Assembly: GCF_002113885.1 (NCBI RefSeq)
Contig: NW_018403519.1
Location: 300,364-356,824, forward strand
Origin: Mizuhopecten yessoensis
Lineage: Eukaryota
Reading direction: 5' to 3'
Length of the DNA stretch: 56,461 nucleotides
A program made the position numbers and the translations under genes. A model generated the notes under the pieces. That model worked only from the letters and a program-made list of their open reading frames with translations. It was not told where the DNA came from and made no database searches. This document shows positions 24,901 through 37,204 of this stretch, piece after piece; within the stretch, counting starts at the first letter, position 1, and every line of letters starts with the position of its first letter.

Positions 24901-26563
24901 ACGCCAGCCTGTGTGTATGTTATTTCCGATTGATCATGAGATTGTGGTAGAAACAGATCACACGACTCGTGGTTGTTGAGTATGGTATTTTTTTCACTCT
25001 CGTTAATTAATTCTCAAAAGTTACAGAAAGACACTCGCTAAAGCATGTGTCTTTTGTAACTTTTGAAAATTAACTAACTCGAGTGAAATAAATACCATAT
25101 TCAACAACCACTCGTTGTGTAACCTCTTTTTATCTAGCTAACATAAGCCAATCTGAAGCGCTGTACAGTACATAGATATACAATTAATACAATTAGTGTA
25201 TATACATTTAATCAATACATTTTTTTAGGAATTCGCAGGAGCTGCCTTATTAGGCGCTAACTACTGGTCCTAAGTCACGTGACTAATATCTCCCTATGTG
25301 TGCATGCCTGAGTGTGTGCTGGAGTTGTAATGTGTTCTGTTTGTAGTAGTGCCGTGCTTCCAACGGCATCATTTATAGTGCCATCTCACTTGAATGCTAC
25401 TGCACAGATACCGTAACATCCACCCCAGACCAATCTATACTCAACATGGGATGTTGGAGTTGTGTGGGCAGGGGAAAAACACTTTCTCTGAATATCCATG
25501 CGTACGACGACTTCGGGGATCGAACCCCGGCCGCCGGCGTGGAAGGCCGGATTGTTAACCACCCCACCAATCCGCCCATTGAACGAAAACTTAACGTTCA
25601 ATATTTTCTTTGGAAAAACATTAAATTAAAAAAAATGTTACAATCACGAAATACAAAATATTCACATGTTTGCTTACCTTCATAAAAGAGTCCAGCTTTC
25701 GCTAGTTCCTCCGGTTTTTGCCTTAAATGTGTTGGCCAATTTTTATATGATGTAAACCGTACGGCAAGTACTGCAAACTGTGGATAGCGCGGGTTGACTG
25801 CGTTCAGCGCTTGCGATGCTTGAGAGAATATGTCATGATTGGTTTCCAGATTGTTAGCAGGATCGTGACCTGTCCTTATAGTATTAGGAATGTCCTCTCC
25901 GGATCTATGGATCTCAGGTTCTAGTGAGTCGGTTTCCGGTCGATTCGTGTGCACAAGAGGTTGTGCACTATTCCCTCCTGTTGAACGATCAGCTATGTTC
26001 TGGCTCAACACGTCGAATTCTGCAACGGAATGTTTATTGGTCAGGATTTGACTCGTAGATGAAGTAATGGTATCTGATGATGGTGTCAGATTAGAGTCAA
26101 TCACTTTGTGCGGGAAATTAGCATTTCTCGTTGCAAATAAAGAATCGTCAGTTTCCCGGTAACTTACAGTTGATGACTGTTGGCCAGAAACAGTAGTGTC
26201 TTGTTTTATTGACTCTTTTGTTTTGTTCATAGTACCACCCAATGGTCCACCGATGGCACCACCGTTGCATTCTATTTTCTCCTGTGGACTTACATCACCA
26301 ACAGAAAAGTTACAGTGACTGCCATTACGCACTTTGTCATTTGACTTTAACCCAAATGTGCAATTAGGAGACATCGTAATGTGGATAGCCATTGGATTGT
26401 CCTGTCTCTGCCACCCACTATATCTCAACAGACAACGATGACAAACAACCTCGTCTTTATTTCCAGTATAATGAAAACCTGACTCGGCCAGAGAAGTTAT
26501 TGAAACAGGAGATGTGAACGGAAAGGAAAAGAACGTGGCAAGTCTAGACAAGTAGTTATCCAT
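21974..26563 (-). CDS. IAP gene B1: BIR-BIR-UBA-RING E3 ligase-type protein, 525 aa
   Basis: Exons 26563-25678 (BIR1, long S/T-rich linker, half of BIR2); 24015-23837 ([28 protein letters not shown]); 23521-23389 (PAVLSVMEMGY); 22899-22717 (LSAEILLSLV); 22170-21974 ([42 protein letters not shown]). All introns GT-AG, total 1578 nt. A probable non-coding exon ends at 27252. Confidence 0.93.
24127..25131. mobile_element. About 1-kb non-autonomous element with long subterminal palindrome in a B1 intron
   Basis: Absent at the equivalent site of B2 (near 46178). Contains an inverted repeat with arms of about 70 bp at 24960-25120, centred on CACTCGCTAAAGCATGTG. No long ORF. Confidence 0.7.
25220..25577 (-). 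mobile_element. tRNA-derived SINE in a B1 intron
   Basis: Head with A box (TGGTGGGGTGG), stem-loop CCGGC-CTTCCAC-GCCGG and B box GGTTCGATCC. Body has TTCAAGTGAGATGGCACTATAAA, similar to the SINE at 4615. A-rich end. Confidence 0.75.
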
Positions 26564-26914
26564 GTCTGATAACTATCTCACATAATGTATTTGCTGTTAG
26601 TAGGATCACTCTGAATCTGAAAGTGAAGAAAGTAAGTAAAAAGTGATTCTGCAAGTCACAACAAGTAAAAGGTTTTAAAATGATGATTGAAGACGTATTT
26701 GTTATGTTATAATTTAAGGCTTGTGAAATGCTTTAAGATGTACATTTGTTTATGATATTTCGATGACTTAATTTTAAATATTCGTGTGATATGAAACAAG
26801 GATCCTTGTCCAACTTCAGACAAAATACTAAATACCTCCACTTTGTTTTTGTATATACAGTGACATCCAATTAATTTTGTTTTTGATGTATCGCAATTTG
26901 ACAACGAAACGTCC

Positions 26915-26985
26915 GTTGTTATGGTAGCTAAGTTCAGAGGCAGTGTGACAATCTGAGGTCCAGGGTTCGAATCCTGCTCTCGCTT
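26915..26985 (+). mobile_element. Degenerate tRNA-like SINE head
   Basis: A-box-like TGGTAGCTAAGTT and perfect B box GGTTCGAATCC. A more decayed paralog lies at about 47930-47995. Confidence 0.4.
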
Positions 26986-29900
26986 TGCTGAATTGTTTTG
27001 ACCCAAAACACTGTCGTTGTTGAGATTTTGTTATATCATCTTTATTTTTATTTTCATAAAAGTCACGCAAGATATGGTTTCTTTTTCGGAAATGTTTCAT
27101 TAGAGATAAAGTTATGTCAAAATGAAAAAGCAAAAACAATACAGTTTTCAGTGGAATTATCCTGAAGGCCTTTGTGTGACATGGACATGAAAATGTGCAC
27201 CTGTATTAACAAAACGTGCAGAGCACGTTTCTTTGTTCCACTTTTTCTTACCTTGTCTCTTTCAAAATACCGACATGGCAACAGATTGTGCATAAAATCG
27301 CAAATGACATCGTGTTTGTTAAGGCACCAATCGGATGCGGATTTTCGCCCTCCAGTCATTTTCTAAAATATTTTGTCGCTGATTGATTCTGTAAAAGAAA
27401 AAACTACTCATTACAGCAGTAGCATAAAGGATCTCAAATAACCTCTGGGCACAATTCTTACTAAAGTTAGTGATTACTCTGTTCAACAAAGTGTATTGGT
27501 ACAATGCATCATTTTATTACTTGGACAGAAACTGAGGATGGCAATGCAATTTGGCATAATGTCAAAAGGAATCGCTACAAAGAGAAATAAATCACTCAAA
27601 CATCAGCATATCACTCATATATGTGTACATAACTGAGCAATACAACACCATAAAAATGCGTGTATATATTTATACATTCTTAATGTATACAATACATATC
27701 ATCTACTATTGTGTAGAGTATACATACGTTCTACTCTGTGTAACGTATCCAATGTTGACTGCAGTAATGAAATCCCATTGTACACTAGAGCAAACACTGT
27801 TTACAAACCATTTTGTAGTTAATCTAAACGGAAATACCTACTTCTATTTATAGATCCGAGTCACTTGTTTACAGTCATGTAGCTGATAATGTCAGGGTTG
27901 AAATGCATTGCTTACGATAAACAAACTTATTAGGGTACGTGATATTTTTCAGGTTTAGATGATTGTGTAATACATATATTTGTTAGCTGTTATTTATTTG
28001 TCTGTCAGGTCCGTGAGGTACAAGGACATGGGGACTGCACCAGATGGTTCGGTATTGTTGGAATATGGTTGCTCAATGTCTTTAGTTTTTTATGATGAGG
28101 CTGTTTAATATATTATAATAATTGAATTTGTAAGGGTAATAGCATTGTTACAGTGATATGTCTAATTTGTTTATCGATGACTATGTATCGGTCTACTTAC
28201 CACTGTAGGATGCATGTGTTTACATATACGGGCATGATTTGAACGGATACTATCGAAAGCAAAGCTGATTAACATTTTTTAATTTATAAAGATAAGTTCT
28301 ATTTATACACAACCTTTCTGTTTTAAATTATCCTCAGAATATAAAACGTTAAGGATGCAGAATGTATTTAGATTAGTAAATACTTTATCTTCTGCATACT
28401 GTTGCAATCAATACGTGGGAAACATTCATTGTCTGTGTTATTTCATGCGTTAAACATTGTAATGTGTTGAGATAAGATACAGATAATCATGATATGATAT
28501 ATGCAGAATGTGGAAAACAAACTAATACGACTGAATGCTGATAACTGTTAACATATATGTTCGAAATTTTGAACTCACAACGGTTATAATTTTGTCAACT
28601 TTACTACAAAACAGTCATCCTAACAATTAGTTACATTACATACATGTCGTTCATTAACTGTGCATTACTTGTAACACTGGTACAAACAACAAGCAACGTG
28701 CGGTTAGCAAATATGAAAATCCTGCACCATATCGGGTTGTAAGTTATGCATCCACCAGTAATGTTTTTGGTTTTCCTCATTATACAGAAAAAGATTTGCA
28801 GTAACATCCGATATCCTAGCATTACCCCTATTACCCTCTACTTCATGTTTACATACGGTTCCACTGTACCTTCATGTTGTCGTGTCTGTCGTTTGCGATT
28901 AACACAATAACCTGCCATCTAAATCTTGCCTGTAAGACATTTCAAATTGGAGTTGTCAACGGTTAACAGCATTCGACCTCAAACGTCACTTCCGTGTTGT
29001 CGGCCATACTTTCGTTTTGTGTATTGTTTATACAGTATATCATAAATATTAAACAATAATACACATATTTTATTTGCCTGTATCAAAGTAGCCGCAACAC
29101 TTTTTATTATGCAAGAAAACCTATTTCTCGGTACAGTTGAGAGATGCAGTCATTATATATAGTTTTGCTTTCCACAAAATACCTGGAAACATTTACTGTT
29201 TGCACAGACTTAGTAAGATCATCACCATTTCTATATGTTTTTATTTTTTAGAAACAGAAAACTCCTAGATATATCAGAAAGATGTCAGTCGTATCGGACA
29301 GACCTATATTCCCAACTCTTACATTCAAATTCCCTCACTCATAGAAAGGATAATTGTCCACTTGCAATGCCCTAATTTTATCTTACGTTTATCTTGTTTT
29401 TACAGAAACTTTAAAAAAAAATGTTCAAAGATACAAATTAACAGTACTTTATAGATTATAGCTGTGTTTATACCTACAACGTAAATATGTTTGTATAGTG
29501 TTAACTTGTTGTATTGCATTCGTCGTTATTATTGTTTATGACCAAGTCTTACTAGCTGTCCTGATCAAATCTGGAATCTAAATATAGATACAGCATAACA
29601 TTAATAACCTACTTACATGTAAGCCCGTCTGTTTACATATTCTATGTGTCAATACTTGTAGCATGAACAGGTACACTTAACAGTACGATGGATCAAAGGG
29701 GTGGGGAGAAGGGTGACCACACATTCCTCGTTTCGAGGTGTGGAGAGGGAGGACACAGTCATGCTTTACTATCAAACATCAGCAATTATTTCATGTGACA
29801 AGTAATTTTCTCTGCCGGTGGACTATCGTTTTTATCCATCAAGGTTTGTATTGATATAAAGAAAACAATGTTAATAAGGTGTCAGACCAGTTTTAGCTTT

Positions 29901-30404
29901 CTGTATTGTACACGGATAACTAAATGCGTTTACATGGAATGGACACAGATCTGTATTAATCCATTTCACTCAGTCTGATGTTATTGTATGTACCATGTAT
30001 TTTTTACTCTATAAAGGATTTATTTACTTCTTCACACTGAATACGTCTTTCTGTCAATAGTTTTGTTTTTACATGACGGTTTTTATTATAAACTATATTT
30101 ACATATTACTAATGTATGACGTTATCATTACAAAAACATTTAAATATTGTTCGTATATGACGTTATCATGTATTTATGTTTTATATACTTTGTATTTCGT
30201 CTGTGATACTGTGACATGTATTTATATGTACATGTTTACTGTTATTTATTATCAAACCTATAAATGGGCTTTATGTTCTAGTAGATTGAAATATATGATA
30301 TATACATAGCGTAAAATTATCAGTCACCTGCGTTTATATTTATTCTCCTGGCAACAATTTGTTCTGTGACATTTACACAAAATACTGGGTTACAGGTTTT
30401 GACT

Positions 30405-30464
30405 TGCACGTTCACACACAACAGTAAGGGAGAGAGAGAGTGGTTTACACGTTCACACACGACA

Positions 30465-30520
<56 letters not shown>

Positions 30521-30587
30521 TTTACACGTCCACACACAACAGTAAGGGAGAGAGAGAGTGGTTTACGCATTAACACACGACAGTAAT
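30405..30587. repeat. Three-copy minisatellite containing an expanded (GA)n microsatellite
   Basis: Unit ..CACGTTCACACACAACAGTAAGG(GA)nGTGGTTTA. About 25 GA units at 30468-30517. Confidence 0.9.
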
Positions 30588-30869
30588 TGGCAACTTTTTT
30601 TTATATCTAATTTGTCTTAAAACAAACTTAATCATTTTAAGCAAACAAACGCATTGATATGTGTTTTTATTTCAAGAATGACTTTTTAAATACATATAAA
30701 AACGGTGTTCACTTTACATAAAATGTTTGGATAACACAACAAATGCACACTAGTTTAGGGTCTGTTCAACCATAAACTTGAATCAATTACTTGTTCTTCA
30801 TAATTAAAATCCACAGACATGCACGAAACGTGTATTGCTTGGTTTCGTACAGATATCTGATTCTAGTTT

Positions 30870-31515
30870 CTATAATTCCTGATTACTTCAATCGCCTTTT
30901 GCCGCCTTTATCTGGAGAAAATATTCGTTACGCTTTACGTAACAATAATAACCATGGCATAGGATTCCTCCTTTTAGACTTTCTCTTACTAACTCTTCTT
31001 GTATACTTTCTACTCTTCATTGTTGGAATAACTTTTAAAATTCGGTTCGATCTTTGCCCTCTATGAATTCATTCAAATCCTGTTTAACATCAAATATTCA
31101 GTCAAGTCCACCTATTTCCTTTAAATTCGGAAATCGTGAACTGAATACTTTGCATACTATAAGGTCCGACACAAGTGCAGTTCCCTTAATTATGACCTCT
31201 TTAAAGTTAACCTTGTTGAGAGTGCAGCTTGTAATTGTGGCCATCCTTGTGAGAATGTCTTTCACTATTTTATTGAATGTCACCTTATTACAAAAGCGAA
31301 AGACGTATTCCGGTTCAAAATTTAAATAATTTGAATGTTGCGTTAAATTTGGAAATTTTTGTTGGCAAGAGATTTTGAGCTCAACATTTAATTACAATTG
31401 TATATACTTATTGTCATTATTGTGATGTCAGTTAAAACGTATATTTGGAGAAGGCGTTGATAATTTATTATTACTTGTGCCTAATCCCTTGTCTACTTGT
31501 GGCAATGAATTTGTT
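30870..31515 (+). mobile_element. 3' fragment of a CR1-type LINE (frameshifted)
   Basis: Interrupted peptide PDYFNRLLPP...RYALRN...WNN...SMNSFKS...FGNRELN.LH...CSSLNYDL...ACNCGHPCEN.FHYF.EC, followed by an (AAACTT)n tail at about 31497-31513. Confidence 0.75.
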
Positions 31516-31544
31516 TAAACTTAAACTTAAACTTCTATTACTGA

Positions 31545-31710
31545 TACATATATGATCTTACATGAGCTTCCATTTCATAGGAGATTTATAAAACGAATCT
31601 AAGATTTTTTCAATTTAGCGAGCCTCTGGCGAGCTAAAATGTAAAATTTGTGACGAGTTTCATCATTTCATATGAAATTATAACGAGTGTAAGATCCTTT
31701 TAATCACATC
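31545..31710. repeat. Long imperfect palindrome (end of a non-autonomous element)
   Basis: Arms GATCTTACA..ATTTCATA.. / ..TATGAAAT..TGTAAGATC around the centre GCGAGCCTCTGGCGAGC. Confidence 0.6.
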
Positions 31711-31874
31711 ATCAAGATTTTTCTTTAATCTTAGTTTGACTTTAGGGAGAACATTATATCAGTCGGTATCAAGCTATCTAACTATATATGTCTACCATAC
31801 CTAATGCTACCAGTGAAAATTATCTTTTGTCATAATTCACTACACATATATTTAACAAATATCGTATGGACGGC

Positions 31875-34350
31875 TCATCATTATAGAGTGTTTAGAACGT
31901 CTGATTAAATCTGTGCTGTTTGTTAATCATTATAGAGTGTTTAAAACGTCTGACTAAATCTGTGTTATGGTTTAATCATTATAAACTGTTTGGAACATCT
32001 GACTAAATCCGGTCTGTGAGTTAATCATTATAGAGTGTTTAGAACGTCTCACAAACTACTGTTTGTGGGTTTATCATTATAGAGTGTTTAGTACGTCTGA
32101 CTAAATCCGGTCTGTGAGTTAATCATTATAGAGTGTCAAGAACGTCTGACTAAATCCGGGTTGTGGGTTTATCATTATGAAGTGTTTAGGACGTCAGCCT
32201 AAATATGTGTTATTGTTTAATCATTATAAACTATTTGAAACATCTGACTAAATCCGGTCTATGAGTTTATCATTATTGAGTGTTTAGAAAATCTGACTTA
32301 ATCCAGTCTGTGAGTTTACCATTATAGAGTGTTTAGAAAGTCTGACTAAATATGTGTTGTGTGTTAATCGTTATAGCGTGTTTAGAATGTCTGACTAATT
32401 CCGGTGTGTAATTTAATCATAATAGAGTGTTAAGAACGTCTGACTAAATCTGTGTTGTAAGTTAATCATTATAGAATGTTTAGAACGTCTCACAAACTAC
32501 TGTTTGTTGGTTGATCATTATAAAGTGTTAAGAACGTCTGACTTAATCCGGTCTGTTAGCTCATCATTATAAAGTGTTAAGAACGTCGGACTAAATCTGT
32601 GTTGTGTGATCATCATTATAGGGTGTTTAGAACCTCTGACTTAATCCGGTCTGTGGGTTAATCATTATAGAGTGTTTAGAACGTGTGACTAAATCTGTGT
32701 TGTGTGATCATCATTACAGATTGTTTAGAACGTCTGACTAAATCTGTGTTATTGTTTAATCATAATAAACTGTTTGGAACATCTGACTAAATCCGGTCAG
32801 TGAGTTTACCATTATAGAGTGTTTAGAAAGTCTGACTAAATCTGTGTGGTGTGTTAATCATTATAGCGTGTTTAGAATGTCTGACTAATTCCGGTCTGTG
32901 AGTTAATCATAATAGAGTGTTAAGAACGTCTGACTAGATCCTATATGTGAGTTAATCAGTATAGAGTATTTCGAACGTCTGACTTAATCTGTGTTGTGGG
33001 TTAATCATTATAGAATGTTTATAACGTCTGTCTTAATCCGGTCTGTGGGTTAATCATTATAGAGTGTTTAGTACGTCTGACTGAATCCGGTCTGTGCGTT
33101 AATCATTATAGAGTGTTTATAACTTCTGACTAAATCCGGGTTTTGGGTTTATCATTATCAAGTGTTTAGGACGTTTGACTAAATGTGTGTTATTTTTTAA
33201 TTATTATAAACTATTTGGAACATCTGACTAAATCCGTTCTGTGAGTAAATCATTATAGAGTGTTTAGAACGTCTCACAAACTACTGTTAGTGGGTTAATC
33301 ATTATAGAGTGTTTAGAACGTCTGACTAACTCTGTGTTGTGGGTTAATCATTATAGAATGTTTAGAACGTCTGACTAAATCTATGTTGTGAGTAAATCAT
33401 AATAGAGTGTTTAGAACGTCTCACAAACTACTGTTTGTGGGTTTATCATTATTAAGTGTTTAGAGCGTCTGACTTAATCCGGTCTGTGAGTTAATCATAA
33501 TAGAGTGTTAAGAACGTCTGACTAGATCCTATATGTGAGTTAATCAGTATAGAGTATTTCGAACGTCTGACTTAATCTGTGTTGTGGGTTAATCATTATA
33601 GAATGTTTATAACGTCTGACTTAATCCGGTCTGTGGGTTAATCATTATAGAGTGTTTAGTACGTCTGACTAAATCCGGTCTGTGCGTTAATCATTATAGA
33701 GTGTTTATAACTTCTGACTAAATCCGGGTTTTGGGTTTATCATTATCAAGTGTTTAGGACGTTTGACTAAATGTGTGTTATTGTTTAATCATTATAAACT
33801 ATTTGGAACATCTGACTAAATCCGTTCTGTGAGTAAATCATTATAGAGTGTTTAGAACGTCTCACAAACTACTGTTAGTGGGTTAATCATTATAGAGTGT
33901 TTAGAACGTCTGACTAACTCTGTGTTGTGGGTTAATCATTATAGAATGTTTAGAACGTCTGACTAAATCTGTGTTGTGAGTTAATCATAATAGGGTGTTT
34001 AAAACGTCTCACAAACTACTGTTTGTGGGTTTATCATTATTAAGTGTTTAGAGCGTCTGACTTAATCCGGTCTGTTAGCTCATCATTATAGGGTGTTTAG
34101 AACGTCTGACTAAATCCAGCTTGTGAGTTTACCATTATAGAGTGTCAAGAACGTCTCACTTAATCCGGTCTGTAAGTTTATCATTTTAGAGTGTTCAGAA
34201 CGTCTGACTAAATCTGTGTTGTGAATTAATCATTAGAAAATGTTTAGAAAGTCTGACTAAATCTGTGTTGTGTGTTAATCATTAGAAAATGTTTAGAAAG
34301 TCTGACTAAATCTGTGTTGTGTGTTAATCATTATAGCGTGTTTTGAAAGT
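31875..34350. repeat. 49-bp minisatellite, about 50 copies
   Basis: Unit AATCATTATAGAGTGTTTAGAACGTCTGACTAAATCTGTGTTGTGGGTT. Period checked at 31878 and 31927. Confidence 0.97.
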
Positions 34351-34819
34351 GTTACTGAACCTGTTGTAAACAGGACGTAGTGTTCCTTGCACTATTTCTA
34401 TATAGTGTAGTGTTGGTCCTAGAGGGGATAATATTATGTTAATGTTTGTCTAACAATAGCGTGTTTTTTCTGGGTTTAAGTTTCAGATACTCAATAACCT
34501 AAGTTTGTTAAAAGGTGATATTTTTTTATCTATTTCTAATGACTCCTTATATATGCGCTTTAGAAAATCAATTCATTTTGCGTGTGATGTTATATTGTAA
34601 TAGATGTTTGTCCCGTGTTTATGTTTAAGTGTAATTCCTTTCTATTTACTTGATTGGACTTTTAGAATATGGTTTGGTACAATTGTAATTATGTTGTATT
34701 TCGTTTGGATGCGTCAGTTTCCTCCCCGTTTACTTAAGGCTACATCAGATCGTTTATACGCATATTAAAAGTACTTTATGTAAACCGTATCAGAATTAAT
34801 TACAATAACACGGTTTTGA

Positions 34820-37200
34820 CCAACCTCCGTGACTGATAGTCCACCAGCTACATGGATACGGCCAACCTCGGGGAATGATAGTCCACCATAGATACAAGGA
34901 TACGGCCAACCTCGGGGATTGATAGTCCACCGGCCACGATAATACGGCCAACCCCGGGGACTGATAGTTCAACAGTCAATACAAGGATACGGCCAACCTC
35001 GGGGACTGGTAGTCCACCAGTATATACAAGGTTACGTCCAACCTCATCCTTGCAATTGTATCTACTGGTGGACTATCAGTCCCGAGGTTGGACGTATCCT
35101 TGTATCTACTAGTGGACTATTAGTCCCCGAGGTTGGCCGTATCCTTGCAATTGTATCTAATGGTGAACCATCAGACCCCTAGGTTGGACGTATACTTGTT
35201 TCTACCGGTTGACTATCAGTCCCGAAGTTGGACGTATCCTTGTATATACTGGTGGACTATCAGTCCAAAGATACGGCCAACCTCGGGACTGATAGTTCAC
35301 CTGTAGAAACAAGTATACGTCCAACCTAGGGGTCTGATGGTACACCAGTAGATACAATTGCAAGGATACTGCCAACCTCGGAGACTGATAGTTCACTAGT
35401 AGATACAAGGATACGTCCAACCTCGGGACTGATAGTCCACCAGTAGATACAATTGCAAGGATACGGCCAACCTCGGGGACTGATAGTCAACCAGTAGATA
35501 CAAGGATACGTCCAACCTCGGGAATGATAGTTTTCCGGTAAAAACAAGTATACGTCAAACCTAGGGGTCTGATAGTCCACCAGTAGATACAATTGCAAGG
35601 ATACGGCCAACCTCGTGGTCTGAAAGTTCACCAGAAGAAACAAATGCAAGGAAACGGCCAACCTCGGGGATTGATAGTCCACTGCCCATAAGAATACGGC
35701 CAACCTCCGGGACTGACATTCCACCGGTAGATACAAAGATACGTCCAACCTCGTGGACTGATAGTCCATCAGCTACAAAGATACGCCAACCTCGGGACTG
35801 ATAGTTCACCGGTAGAAACAAGTATACGTCTAACCTCGTGGACTGATAGTCCATCAGCTACAAAGATACGCCAACCTCGGGACTGATAATTCACCTGTAG
35901 AAACAAGTATACATCCAACCTAGGTGTCTGTGGTCCACCAGTAGATACAATTGCAAGGATACGACCTACCTCTGGGACTGATAGTCCACCAGTAGATACA
36001 AGGATACGTCCAACCTCGAGACTGATAGTCCACCAGTAAAAACAGGTATACGGCCAACCTAGGGGTCTGATAGTCCACCGGTAGAAACAAGTATACTTCC
36101 AACCTTCGAACTGATAGTCCACCGGTAGAAACAAGTTTACGTCCAATCTAGGGGTCTGATAGTCCACCAGTAGATACAACTGCAAGGATACGGCCAACCA
36201 CGGGGACTAATAGTCCACCAGTCGATACAAGGATACGTCCAACCGTGGGGATTGATATTCTACCAGTAGATACAAGGATACGGCCAACCCCGGGCTCTGA
36301 TAGTCCTCTAGTGGATACAAGGATAAGGCCAACCGCAGGAACTGATTGTCCACCAGCTACAAGGATACGGCAGACCTCAGGGATTGATGGTCCACTGGCC
36401 ACGAGAATACGGCCGACCTCGGGGACTGATAGTCCACCAGTAAATACAGGGATACGTCCAACCTCGGGACTGACAGTCCACCGGTAGAAACACGTATACG
36501 TTCAACCTAGGGGTCTGATAGTCCACCAGTAGATACAATTGCAAGGATACGTCCAACCTCTGGGACTGATAGTCCACCAGTAGATACAAGGATACGTCCA
36601 ACCTCGAGACTGATAGTCCACCAGTAAAAACAGGTATACGGCCAACCTAGGGGTCTGATAGTCCACCGGTAGAAACAAGTATACTTCCAACCTTCGAACT
36701 GATAGTCCACCGGTAGAAACAAGTTAACATCCAATCTATGGGTCTGATAGTCCACCAGTAGATATAATTTCAAGGATACGGCCAACCTTGGGGTCTGATG
36801 GTTCACGAGTAGATACAAACATACATCCAGCCTCGGGACTGATAGTCCACCGGTAGATACAAGTATACGTCGAACCAAGGGGTCTGATAGTCCACCAGTA
36901 GATACAATTGCAAGGATACGGCCAACCTCGGGGACTAATAGTCCACAAGTAGATACAAGGATACGGCCAACCTCGGGGTCTGATAGTCCACCAGTAGATA
37001 CAAGGATACGGCCAACCTCGGGGTCTGATAGTCCTCTAGTAGATACAAGGATAATGCCAACCTCGGGGACCTATAGTCCACCAGTAGATACTAGGATACG
37101 ACCAAACTCGGGGACTGACATTCCACCAGTAGATACAAAGATACGGCCAACCTTAGGGACTGATATTCCGCCAGTAGATAGAAGGGTACGGCCAACCTCG
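34820..37200. repeat. 45/51-bp minisatellite with an internal inverted block
   Basis: Unit GGATACGGCCAACCTCGGGGACTGATAGTCCACCAGTAGATACAA, with or without an extra TTGCAA/CTGCAA. About 35046-35266 is reverse-complemented. Confidence 0.97.
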
Positions 37201-37204
37201 ATCC

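Noticed and set aside
25505-25577. Functional tRNA-Gly(TCC) gene
   Set aside because: No acceptor-stem pairing and no poly-T terminator directly after. It runs into a SINE body and tail.
31875-34350. CRISPR-like look (conserved part of about 33 nt alternating with a variable part)
   Set aside because: The variable parts are short, homologous and recurrent rather than unique spacers. The conserved part itself varies, there are no cas genes, and the context is eukaryotic.
35202-36948. Many overlapping repetitive ORFs
   Set aside because: Translations of the 45/51-bp minisatellite with frequent frameshifts and no splice or domain support.
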